A stretch of DNA of 55,573 nucleotides from a virus (IMGVR_UViG_3300046000_004360:1-55573); one strand, 5' to 3'. Counted from the first letter of the stretch, positions 16,849-25,431 are shown. Notes: a model not told the origin generated them from the letters alone. Translations and numbers: made by a program.

Positions 16849-17580
16849 TGTGGATAACTTTTTTCCTACCCGCGAAGCCTTGGTATCATTGATGAGTTGC
16901 TTCGACGTATAGTGCTGGCTTGGCTTCGCGGGGTTTTTCTGGCTGGGATGCCAAGCCAGCACCATGCGGCACGTCAACTCGTCAATGATAGCAGGCTTTC
17001 CAGCGGATTTAGGTTGGATAAAATACAGTTAGAATCCCACTGACTGCCACTGACTACACGTTTTTAACTGTTTATTTTCACTGACAACGGATTTTAACTG
17101 TATTTTTGCTTATCTGAATCAGTGAAAAAAACGCTGGGATGCCGTGTATAGTGGAAAAGTCAGTGAAAATTAACTGCGCGTGTTGGAAGTTAACTGTTCG
17201 TGATTCGCTGGGATGCCTGATATGAGGGGCAGGGGAGGGAAAAGCCAGTGAGTTGATATATATATTACTATTACTATAAAATATATATAAGCATATACAC
17301 ACACCAACACACCATAACGCGTTTTTTCTATGATTGCAAAAATGGCTTTTGGGGCGGATAGTTCAATGTTTTAAAAGTTGATACAGTGAAGGAAAAACAG
17401 GCTGCAACCACTGCTACCATTGAGTTCTTCACTAAAAATGAACAGATAATTCCAACACGCGCAGTTAAGCTCTATTTTAGGCCTTGGTATCAGGGGCGCG
17501 CAAGGCAGGTTAGTGAAAATAAAGCAACACGTACAGTTAAAAGCCGACACAGTGAAAATATCAGTAGCTTTTAACTGTAT
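16849..17580. repeat. Iteron-like repeat cluster, putative replication origin
   Basis: Perfect DnaA box TGTGGATAA (16849-16857); more than 12 CAGT(T/G)AA-type boxes in both orientations; GCTGGGATGCC x3; AT-rich tract at about 17255-17300; several inverted repeats. Confidence 0.6.
16869..17000 (+). ncRNA. Long imperfect hairpin (candidate RNA or ssDNA structure)
   Basis: 16884-16899 pairs with 16975-16990 (16 bp, 1 G:U); 16912-16924 pairs with 16950-16962 (13 bp perfect). Confidence 0.5.
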
Positions 17581-17623
17581 TGCGTGATAGGATGCAGTTT
17601 CTAACTTAATGAAGGGGTATAAA

Positions 17624-18028
17624 ATGAATAAGCAAACAGCAATAGACTTACTACGGGAATCATTATATTTTTTATCTAGCACGGTAAGGGCAAGAACTGC
17701 GGGCGATATAGAAAACCATGACTGGCAAGGGCATGGAGAATTGATTGCCGAAATAGACTCCGCACTCAATGATATTGACGCACCAAAACCTGCACCAAAG
17801 AAAAAAGCACTCTCAGCGGAGCACAAGCGCAGAATATCCGCGTCAATGAGAGGGAACAAAAATTACACCATAGGGCAAGAACTAAAGAATGCTCCAATGC
17901 GATATGTACCAGATGCCGACGGCGCGCTAGTGTTGCAACGAGTAATCAAACCACGGCAGCCAATGACGCAAGAAACAAAGGCAAAAATTGCCGAATCAAT
18001 GAAGGGCAACAAAAACAACTTGCGTTAA
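17624..18028 (+). CDS. Protein with two NUMOD3-like DNA-binding motifs and no nuclease domain
   Basis: SAEHKRRISASMRGNKN and TQETKAKIAESMKGNKN. Confidence 0.7.
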   Translation: MNKQTAIDLLRESLYFLSSTVRARTAGDIENHDWQGHGELIAEIDSALNDIDAPKPAPKKKALSAEHKRRISASMRGNKNYTIGQELKNAPMRYVPDADGALVLQRVIKPRQPMTQETKAKIAESMKGNKNNLR

Positions 18029-18089
18029 TTTAAAACGTGTAGTAACATAATATCAGAAACATAAACAACTAACCAAAAGGGGAACTAAA

Positions 18090-18350
18090 ATGAACGTACA
18101 AAACATGATAAGCAGTAAACATAACCCAATAGCGAATCAATTTATTATAACGGACGGCAACAGCACGATTTTCCAGTCATATCGCAGTGTCATAGCAAAA
18201 ATTCAGGATGGCAAAACATATCTGGATGAAAAGTATTGGAATTATAGCAACACAACATCAAAATACCGGAATAAGTTTTTGAGACTGACAACGAAAGAAG
18301 CAGAGCACAAGATAGCCTCAGGCGAAATAATACTAACCGACCTAAACTAA
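18090..18350 (+). CDS. Early hypothetical protein
   Basis: FQSY.S.IA...YS.TTSKYRNKFL motif; strong RBS. Confidence 0.75.
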   Translation: MNVQNMISSKHNPIANQFIITDGNSTIFQSYRSVIAKIQDGKTYLDEKYWNYSNTTSKYRNKFLRLTTKEAEHKIASGEIILTDLN

Positions 18351-18362
18351 AGGGGAACTAAA

Positions 18363-18965
18363 ATGAGAGACAATGCCTATAAAACCGAAACAATTGAGCA
18401 TAACGACCATGTATTTAAAGTGGAATACCTGCGCGATGATAGGCGCGAAACACCGTGGGAATGCTCAGACGGTCATGGCGCGGTCAGCGAGTGGACAAGC
18501 AGGGATAAAAAATCGGGTGAAGTCGTGTTATGCTCAGACCGCAACCGCGAACGATTTTACGACATGCGAGGCGCGATTAAAAAAGCAAAAGCTGAGGGCT
18601 GGAGCTGTGCTAGTGTACTGCCAACAGACACCCAAGGCCAAAAAGCCGTTAAAGCTGCCCAAGCTGATTTTGATTACTTGCGCTCGTGGTGCAATGACGA
18701 TTGGGGTTATGCTTGTTTACATGTTACCCTACTAGATGCAGACGGGGACGAGTTAGATGATTATGACGACTATCTAGGCGGGGTTGAAGACGGGTACACA
18801 ATAAGAAATGGTAAAATGTATGCATTAGGCGGCCATGCGAACGAGTGCGCCCTTGTGCTGGCAGACAAAATCCTAGACAGCTACAAAAAAGACCAAGACA
18901 CAGAACTAACAGCGGCACTTCACAGCGTAAAAGATGACGCAATGTATCAATCAGGCATAATTTAA
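18363..18965 (+). CDS. Early hypothetical protein
   Basis: 200 aa acidic ORF with RBS. Confidence 0.75.
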   Translation: MRDNAYKTETIEHNDHVFKVEYLRDDRRETPWECSDGHGAVSEWTSRDKKSGEVVLCSDRNRERFYDMRGAIKKAKAEGWSCASVLPTDTQGQKAVKAAQADFDYLRSWCNDDWGYACLHVTLLDADGDELDDYDDYLGGVEDGYTIRNGKMYALGGHANECALVLADKILDSYKKDQDTELTAALHSVKDDAMYQSGII

Positions 18966-18994
18966 AACAACTAAACTAAATTAGGAGAATTAAC

Positions 18995-19420
18995 ATGACA
19001 AATACAATCAGCAACCAAGACAACGTAATCGATAGCCGTGATGTAATCGAGTGGATTGAAGAGCTGGAAGGGGAACGCGACACACTTCAGGAAGCCTATG
19101 ACGAAGCGGAAGACGAGAGTGAAGAGCAACGGATCGCACAAAACGAACTAGACGCATGGAATACCAGTGAAGAGGGCGAGGAACTAACAGCACTAAAAAC
19201 ACTAGCAGAACAAGGAGAGAATTATTGCTCAGACTGGAAGCACGGCGATGCACTAATTAAGGATAGCTATTTTAACGAGTATATGGACGATCTGCTGGAA
19301 GACATTGGCGACATTCCAAAAGATTTACCGTGTTATCTAACTATAACAGTGGACTATGACATACTAAAACAAGACTATATGAGCGTAGATTTTGATGGCG
19401 AAACCTATTGGGTAAGGTAA
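18995..19420 (+). CDS. Highly acidic ArdA-like antirestriction / DNA-mimic protein
   Basis: Very Asp/Glu-rich; C-terminal YMDDLLEDIG.IP...Y.T.DY..L..DY..VDFDG.TY resembles the ArdA C-terminal domain; early position. Confidence 0.55.
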   Translation: MTNTISNQDNVIDSRDVIEWIEELEGERDTLQEAYDEAEDESEEQRIAQNELDAWNTSEEGEELTALKTLAEQGENYCSDWKHGDALIKDSYFNEYMDDLLEDIGDIPKDLPCYLTITVDYDILKQDYMSVDFDGETYWVR

Positions 19421-19443
19421 CAATTAAACTAAAGGAGAACAAA

Positions 19444-19719
19444 ATGCACTGGTCAAGCTCATGCGGTAGAATCACGCTACAAATAACTAAGGCGCAAGCG
19501 GCGCAAGGGTCACACCAAGGGCAATGCGATGGCGACATCGAAGCACTACGCAATATACCTGCTATCAGGAGGCAACTAAACAAACTCAACCAGACGGATG
19601 TGGTTAAAGTTCTGGAGATGTTTGGGGCATGGGACGACCAAGACCTTGCCGACCATGATGATAACCTGAACCGCTTGCTATGGATTGCCTGCGGCGATAT
19701 TGTTGAAGGGAATAATTAA
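19444..19719 (+). CDS. Early hypothetical protein
   Basis: AAGGAG RBS before MHWSSSCG; GAWD...RLLWIACGDI. Confidence 0.7.
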   Translation: MHWSSSCGRITLQITKAQAAQGSHQGQCDGDIEALRNIPAIRRQLNKLNQTDVVKVLEMFGAWDDQDLADHDDNLNRLLWIACGDIVEGNN

Positions 19720-19720
19720 A

Positions 19721-19903
19721 ATGACAACAAGACATAGAAATAAGCAGAATAAAAAATCTACCCACATCGAACGTAAAGATGTTAAGATAAGCAATGCATG
19801 GTTTTTGAAGTATCAAGAGTGCATCATCGAACGGCGGGAAGTATGGATTGGACTGTACACATTACCACGGCACAACAGGCAGATTGATTTAGTAACTTTT
19901 TAG
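19721..19903 (+). CDS. Hypothetical protein
   Basis: Basic 60 aa ORF filling the operon gap. Confidence 0.5.
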   Translation: MTTRHRNKQNKKSTHIERKDVKISNAWFLKYQECIIERREVWIGLYTLPRHNRQIDLVTF

Positions 19904-19912
19904 GGGGTAGTT

Positions 19913-20125
19913 ATGACTGAGGTAGAGAGAGCATTTTTATTGCATCTAGTAGTAGAGCATGGGGATAGACCATTCGCCTATACATGGGCAAAAGAGCCGA
20001 TGATGTCCTTGCGGCGTGAGGGGATGATTGAAGTAACTGAGTTTGTGACAGATGTGAAAACCAGTGACGCCAGAGTGACTGCGGCGGGATTAAACTTTTT
20101 AAAAGGGGGACAAAATGAGCAGTAG
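19913..20125 (+). CDS. Small winged-helix-like protein, paralogue A
   Basis: FLLHLVVEHGDR...LRREGMI...VTAAGLNFLK. Confidence 0.7.
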   Translation: MTEVERAFLLHLVVEHGDRPFAYTWAKEPMMSLRREGMIEVTEFVTDVKTSDARVTAAGLNFLKGGQNEQ

Positions 20126-21227
20126 CATGAACATGTATAATTTTGCAGTAAACCACGATGAAGCGGCAACATTAGTCCGTGCTAATGGGAGCAATATAAC
20201 ATACATAATCGAGGGAGAGCCGGGATCATCGAAAAGCAGCATCCTGAAAACCATCGAATCACTTGAAGGTGACAGATATGAGTATATTTATATTGATGCG
20301 CCCCTTAAGGATATACCAGACATTGCATTAACCATGCCACACCACGAATCGCAAACTACTAGAGCATATATAAATCAGATATGGATGGGTAAAGATGCCA
20401 ACAAACCTAAGATCGTGATGATAGACGAGGTATTCAAATGCACCCCTTATGTGCAGCTAATGCTTAACAGGCTGATGCTTGACCATTACGTGGGGGATTA
20501 TCAACTGCCAGCGGGAAGTATTGTTTTCGGTACTACTAATTTCGCAACTGATGGTGTAGGCGATAAGACTAACGGACACACTAACAGCCGCGTGGCACGG
20601 ATACCCATGCGTAAACCAAATCAAGTTGAGTGGACTAAATGGGCGGTGAACAATAACATCAATCCATTTATTCTCACATGGATAGGCCAGAATCCCGCGA
20701 TATTTAGTAGCTACAAAGACCCGGCGACAACATCATTCGATGCAAAATTACACGCTGATGGGCAGGGTATATTTCAGTATATCTATCACCCTCAACACAA
20801 TGCACAAGCGTATGTTTGCCCTCGTACACTGGAGTTGGCATCGCACCAGTTGAACAATCTCGACAAACTGGGGGAAGAGCTAACCATTAAAGCGTTAATT
20901 GGCACAGTAGGGGGAAAAGCGGCGTTAGATATGGGGGCATTACTTGCGCTAGGTGCAGACTTGCCAAGTCCCGATGAGGTAATGAGTAACCCAACTAAAT
21001 GCAAACTCCCTAAATCGGTCGGGGCGCAGATGATACTGGTATATAAAAGCCTGAATTACATCACTGCGGGTACCATAGATGCTTGGGCGGAGTACATCGG
21101 GCGCATGGGGTTAGAGGTGAGAGCAGTATGGGTAAAAACGATGCGACACCAGCCTGAGCTACTCGATATTATGTCGCGCAATAGACAACTCGTGGACTGG
21201 GTTGTGGACAATAGTATAGTGCTTTAA
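20115..21227 (+). CDS. MoxR-like AAA+ ATPase
   Basis: Walker A variant GEPGSSKS, Walker B VMIDE, sensor GTTN, CPRT motif; upstream of a vWA gene. Confidence 0.8.
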   Translation: MSSSMNMYNFAVNHDEAATLVRANGSNITYIIEGEPGSSKSSILKTIESLEGDRYEYIYIDAPLKDIPDIALTMPHHESQTTRAYINQIWMGKDANKPKIVMIDEVFKCTPYVQLMLNRLMLDHYVGDYQLPAGSIVFGTTNFATDGVGDKTNGHTNSRVARIPMRKPNQVEWTKWAVNNNINPFILTWIGQNPAIFSSYKDPATTSFDAKLHADGQGIFQYIYHPQHNAQAYVCPRTLELASHQLNNLDKLGEELTIKALIGTVGGKAALDMGALLALGADLPSPDEVMSNPTKCKLPKSVGAQMILVYKSLNYITAGTIDAWAEYIGRMGLEVRAVWVKTMRHQPELLDIMSRNRQLVDWVVDNSIVL

Positions 21228-21240
21228 TAATGGGGATAAA

Positions 21241-22101
21241 ATGAAAACGGATATAATGTTATTAAATGCAGTGATTGTAGAGCTAAACTTTTCGTGTTGG
21301 AGTGCCAAGAAGCATGACAGGAAAGCATCCAAGGATGTTACGGACAACAATGGGGCTAACAGTAGTGATGCTGCCAAGGTACAGAAAAACTTGATGGCTG
21401 GTATGGGGAACTTGAAAAAAGTAACTGACTTTATCGCTAATACCCGCAATGAATTTTATGGTATGACTTTGCCGTGGTCAGATGGTGGACAGCGTATGCT
21501 ACCGATGGCTGGATTTTTTGATATGAAACAGTGGTTGGATGATAAAGAGACAGAGTTCAACAGTCTGGTGCAGCAGTTCCTAATTGATTATCCGCTGATT
21601 ATTGGGGCGCAAGCATTTCAGTTAGGCGCGTTGTTTGACCGTAGCGAGTACCCGACAGTCGATGACGTTAAGCATAAATTTAAGTTTAGTGTGGGTTTTC
21701 TGCCCCTGCCAACATCGGGTGATTTTAGAGTAGATGCGCCAGCCGAGGCACTCAAGGAGATGCGAGGCGACTACGAAAAAGCGATGGGGGAACGAGTGAG
21801 AGGAATAAATAAGCACTTGTGGGATCTGCTGCATGACTGCTTGACTAAAATGAGCGAGCGACTAGGCACTGATGCCGAGGGAAAGAAAAAAGTCTTTAGA
21901 GATACACTTGTTGACAATGCCGTTGACCTATGCGACACTCTCAAAACGCTGAACGTAACTAATGATAGTAAGCTGGAAGATAAGCGGCGACTGCTGGAAA
22001 AGGCACTGACTGGAGTTGATCCTAACCTGCTGAGGGAATCAGACGGAGCGCGGATAGAGGTTAAAAAACAAGTTGACTCGGTATTATCGTCATGGATATA
22101 G
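21241..22101 (+). CDS. Conserved helical protein of the AAA/vWA module (DUF3150-like)
   Basis: TLPW...R.LP...LGALF...YP...LNVTND pattern; sits between the AAA and vWA genes. Confidence 0.5.
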   Translation: MKTDIMLLNAVIVELNFSCWSAKKHDRKASKDVTDNNGANSSDAAKVQKNLMAGMGNLKKVTDFIANTRNEFYGMTLPWSDGGQRMLPMAGFFDMKQWLDDKETEFNSLVQQFLIDYPLIIGAQAFQLGALFDRSEYPTVDDVKHKFKFSVGFLPLPTSGDFRVDAPAEALKEMRGDYEKAMGERVRGINKHLWDLLHDCLTKMSERLGTDAEGKKKVFRDTLVDNAVDLCDTLKTLNVTNDSKLEDKRRLLEKALTGVDPNLLRESDGARIEVKKQVDSVLSSWI

Positions 22102-22111
22102 GGAGAAAATA

Positions 22112-23281
22112 ATGGATAGTAAATACACAGCGGAGCAGCAAATAAGTAGGGCTAAAATCTGGTGCATGACTTCACCAGAGTGGCGTTGGGGCGCGAGCGT
22201 GTACATGATGGGGGAGACTGCGTTTGTATCAGGAGCAGATGCCCTATGCCAGACCGCTGGAACGGATGGGATAAATGAAATGTATAATCGGGATTTCCTT
22301 GCTACGCTGTGTGATGGGGAGACTAGGTTCCTCGTACTACATGAGGGAATGCACAAGATACTGCGCCATATGTTTGTCTGGCGCGCCTTGGCAGATGATA
22401 ACGCGAAGCTGGCTAATATAGCGATGGATGCCGTAATTAATAATCAATACCTGATGGGCAAGGAGGGGCTTAAGTTCCCAACGGGTGGGGTGGATATGCC
22501 ACAGTACGCCGATAGTAGCAAGTGGAATGCTAAGTCTATATTTGAAGACCTTAAAAAGAACGGCGCAGGCAAACAAACCAGCACCGATTACCACGACTGG
22601 GAAGCGGCAAAAGCCCTAACACCAGAGCAGGCTAAAGAAGTTGAGAAGCAGATCGACACAGCAATAAGACAGGCGGCACTTACTGGCGCGGGGCTGCCTA
22701 GGGGGGTTGAGGCAATGCTTGTGCCAGAGGTAGACTGGAAGATGCACCTAGCGGAATTTGTTAAGGCGCAATGCGCCGGGGCGGATAAACAGACGTGGAG
22801 AAAACCACACAGAACGTATATTGCTTATGACTTATACATGCCCACACCATACGCAGATAGGGTAGGTAAGCTGCTGTTATGCGGGGATACGTCAGGATCA
22901 ATTGGCGATAGGGAGCTATCGCACTTTTTAGGACATATGCAGCACCTGTGCGATGAAGTCAACCCTGATGGAATTGATTTGGCTTGGTGGGATACCGAGA
23001 TAAGGGGCGTAGATGTATTCACCGCCAGCACCATGGGCTGCCTCGCAGCGGCAGTAAAGCCAAAGGGCGGCGGTGGAACTGACCCTCGATGCATAACTGA
23101 GTGGTTGACAGAGCAAAGGAACGAGTACGTTTGTGCGGTGGTGGTTACAGATGGTGAGTTTGACACTAAAAACGTAGGCGACTGGGGCGCGCTGCCTGTG
23201 TTGTGGCTAGTAGTGAATAATAGCAGCACCGGGGGCATCGCCAGCGGGGTAACTATACGGGTGCGAGAGTTGAGCGCGTGA
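22112..23281 (+). CDS. Metallopeptidase-vWA domain protein (DUF2201-like)
   Basis: TAGTDG, LHEGMH (HExxH), NIAMD..IN; MIDAS DTSGS, GGGTD, TDG. Confidence 0.85.
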   Translation: MDSKYTAEQQISRAKIWCMTSPEWRWGASVYMMGETAFVSGADALCQTAGTDGINEMYNRDFLATLCDGETRFLVLHEGMHKILRHMFVWRALADDNAKLANIAMDAVINNQYLMGKEGLKFPTGGVDMPQYADSSKWNAKSIFEDLKKNGAGKQTSTDYHDWEAAKALTPEQAKEVEKQIDTAIRQAALTGAGLPRGVEAMLVPEVDWKMHLAEFVKAQCAGADKQTWRKPHRTYIAYDLYMPTPYADRVGKLLLCGDTSGSIGDRELSHFLGHMQHLCDEVNPDGIDLAWWDTEIRGVDVFTASTMGCLAAAVKPKGGGGTDPRCITEWLTEQRNEYVCAVVVTDGEFDTKNVGDWGALPVLWLVVNNSSTGGIASGVTIRVRELSA

Positions 23282-23469
23282 GAGCGACTAAAACACTATT
23301 ACAGCTAAGTATCGATATGGAGGCTGCCTCTGCCGCCTATGCTGCCCGTGATGCCCGTGATGCCTGTGATGACTATACTACTGCCTCTGCTGCATGGTTT
23401 GCTGCCCATGGTGCCTATGTTGCTGCCTATGGTGCCTATATCAATGTCCTCAAGGAGAACCATGAATAA
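23278..23469 (+). CDS. Ala-rich repeat protein, copy 1
   Basis: KTLLQLSIDMEAASAAY followed by 9-nt repeat units. Confidence 0.65.
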   Translation: MRATKTLLQLSIDMEAASAAYAARDARDACDDYTTASAAWFAAHGAYVAAYGAYINVLKENHE

Positions 23470-23674
23470 AACACTATTACAGCTAAGTATCGATATGGAG
23501 GCTGCCTCTGCCGCCTATAGAGCATCCCGAGCTGCTGCCCGTGGTGCCCGTGGTGCCCGTGGTGCCTATGTTGCTGCCCATGGTGCCTGTGCTGCTGCCT
23601 CTGCTGCATGGTTTGCTGCCTGTGATGCCTATATCAATACCCTCAAGGAGTACCTGAAAAATGTGCGACCATAA
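23462..23674 (+). CDS. Ala-rich repeat protein, copy 2
   Basis: 52-nt identity with copy 1 (23289-23340 = 23467-23518); ends in the EYLKN junction. Confidence 0.65.
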   Translation: MNKTLLQLSIDMEAASAAYRASRAAARGARGARGAYVAAHGACAAASAAWFAACDAYINTLKEYLKNVRP

Positions 23675-23858
23675 AGCGAAATTGCGCAGTTACTTACTTA
23701 TGTTGCTGGTGGCTCATGGGGATAGTTATTTTAACTATATAAGTGATGAATACTGGTTACGATTAGTCCGGGGGGAATATATAAAATATGATTTAGGGAT
23801 CGGGTACAAAATAACCCCAAAAGGGCTGGAATTTTTAAAACAAGGAGGATCAACATGA
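23661..23858 (+). CDS. Small winged-helix-like protein, paralogue B
   Basis: YLLMLLVAHGDS...LVRGEYI...YKITPKGLEFLK. Confidence 0.7.
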   Translation: MCDHKAKLRSYLLMLLVAHGDSYFNYISDEYWLRLVRGEYIKYDLGIGYKITPKGLEFLKQGGST

Positions 23859-24070
23859 TTAACGACAAAGGGCAACTGATAATAACATGGGACATTGCTG
23901 ATGTTATAAACCTAGCAACAGATAGAGGGCGCGAGAAAATACCAACCCGAGCGCAGGCTATGGAAGTACTGGAGATGGCGGATAAGTATCACGATTGCTG
24001 CATAGGGATTAGTTGGGATGTTTTAGACGTGTACTTAGACGTGTACTTAGACGAAGTGATGGATGAATAA
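23855..24070 (+). CDS. Hypothetical protein
   Basis: W.I.DV...HD...GISWD motif; 12-nt tandem duplication giving DVYL x2. Confidence 0.7.
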   Translation: MINDKGQLIITWDIADVINLATDRGREKIPTRAQAMEVLEMADKYHDCCIGISWDVLDVYLDVYLDEVMDE

Positions 24071-24085
24071 AACAAGGAGAATGAT

Positions 24086-24241
24086 ATGAAAAGAAACTAT
24101 GTAGTAGTGATAGGCGAACCCAACGCGGGGGATTTCGTTGGGGTGTTTACAAGTTTGGCACAGGCGCAAGCATACATCGAGGAAGACCCATACAAGGGTG
24201 AGATAGAGCTAAGTATTGTGGAGTTGGCGACTCCAGCGTAG
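24086..24241 (+). CDS. Hypothetical protein (51 aa)
   Basis: AAGGAG RBS; MKRNYVVVIGEP...VGVFTSLAQAQAYI; hand-translated. Confidence 0.6.
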   Translation: MKRNYVVVIGEPNAGDFVGVFTSLAQAQAYIEEDPYKGEIELSIVELATPA

Positions 24242-24326
24242 ATGGTAGACAAACCAAAATAAAACACTTGCATACATCGACCAGATGTAGTAAGATAGAA
24301 GCCCAACAAATAATATAGGAGCAAGG

Positions 24327-24548
24327 ATGAAACCAAAAGCAGATATGGTAAACTCGCCACCACACTACACAACAGGCGGGATTGAGTGTATAGATTACAT
24401 ACAGGCAAAGCTAACAATAGATGAGTTCAGGGGGTATTTGATTGGAAATGGACTTAAGTATTTGAGCAGGTTGGGTAATAAAGGGGCAGCAACAGAAGAC
24501 GCGCAGAAAGCGGCGTGGTATATTAACAAACTATCGGAGACAATATGA
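24327..24548 (+). CDS. DUF3310 / SaV-like protein
   Basis: DMVNSPPHY..GGIECIDYI...GN.LKY..R...K....ED..KA.WY. Confidence 0.9.
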   Translation: MKPKADMVNSPPHYTTGGIECIDYIQAKLTIDEFRGYLIGNGLKYLSRLGNKGAATEDAQKAAWYINKLSETI

Positions 24549-25108
24549 GAGAATTATTTGAATTAGATGTAGATGAGTGTACCGCGTTCGGGGTATTGGA
24601 CACCGATGACGATGACTTACGATTGATGACCCCGGCATATACTGATGATGATGGTCGGCAAGCACAGAATAAAAGTGTATACATAATAGGGCGGATAGCA
24701 CTCAAGCAGTTGCGCGACATATTGATAGAATCATACCCCCCAGATGAAGAAACCCCAGAGGAAGAAACCCCAGAAATATCCCACTTAGAGCTTAGGCAGC
24801 AGTGGCTAGACGATATGAAGAAAGACCCAAGCATTGTTTGGCAGGCTAGACTGCGGGAAAAAGGGCAGTTGTCGGATAATGGGTGGATAGATTCCGCAGC
24901 ACCGCTATGGTTTGAAGAGTTAGAATACCGCCGCAAACCAAAGACTTACACCATGTATATGTGTTTAGTGAGACACTTACACACAGCAGGGCTTTCACCA
25001 TTTTCACTGTCGTTTAGGACAGTCAGTGAGCTTGACATCCACTGCAATCAGTTTGGCCTAGTTAAGGTGGGTGAAGTAGTGGCGCGGGAAATAGGGGAGG
25101 GTATATAG
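24545..25108 (+). CDS. Hypothetical protein
   Basis: 187 aa; P.W....EYRRKP motif; 15-nt duplication EETP(E) x2. Confidence 0.65.
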   Translation: MRELFELDVDECTAFGVLDTDDDDLRLMTPAYTDDDGRQAQNKSVYIIGRIALKQLRDILIESYPPDEETPEEETPEISHLELRQQWLDDMKKDPSIVWQARLREKGQLSDNGWIDSAAPLWFEELEYRRKPKTYTMYMCLVRHLHTAGLSPFSLSFRTVSELDIHCNQFGLVKVGEVVAREIGEGI

Positions 25109-25431
25109 TGGCTATGACACCAGAGGGCAGGGTTAAAAACACCATAAAAAAGATACTCAAAGATTATAAAGTGGTATATGCTATGCCAGCGACAGGGGGG
25201 TTTGGTAAGAGTGGGGTTAGTGACTTCCTTGTATGCCACAGGGGGTATTTTATATCCATAGAGGCTAAGTCAGGGAGCAGCCAGCCTACGGCACTGCAAA
25301 AGAAGTGGCTAAAAGAAGTAGCTGAAGCAGGGGGGTGGGGGCTTGTAATCAACGAGGACAACATGGATGAGATAACGGACTTGTTTGATAGTATTGACGA
25401 GGTGGATGATGCTATCACTAGACTACACTAG
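25108..25431 (+). CDS. VRR-NUC domain nuclease (possible junction resolvase)
   Basis: TPEG.VK...GVSD......G.F.SIEAK....PTALQ..WL. Confidence 0.85.
   Translation: MAMTPEGRVKNTIKKILKDYKVVYAMPATGGFGKSGVSDFLVCHRGYFISIEAKSGSSQPTALQKKWLKEVAEAGGWGLVINEDNMDEITDLFDSIDEVDDAITRLH

Noticed and set aside
16780-17574. ORFs 16780..16977, 17078..17302 and 17386..17574
   Set aside because: They lie across the repeat/hairpin region, lack convincing RBSs and have no recognisable motifs.
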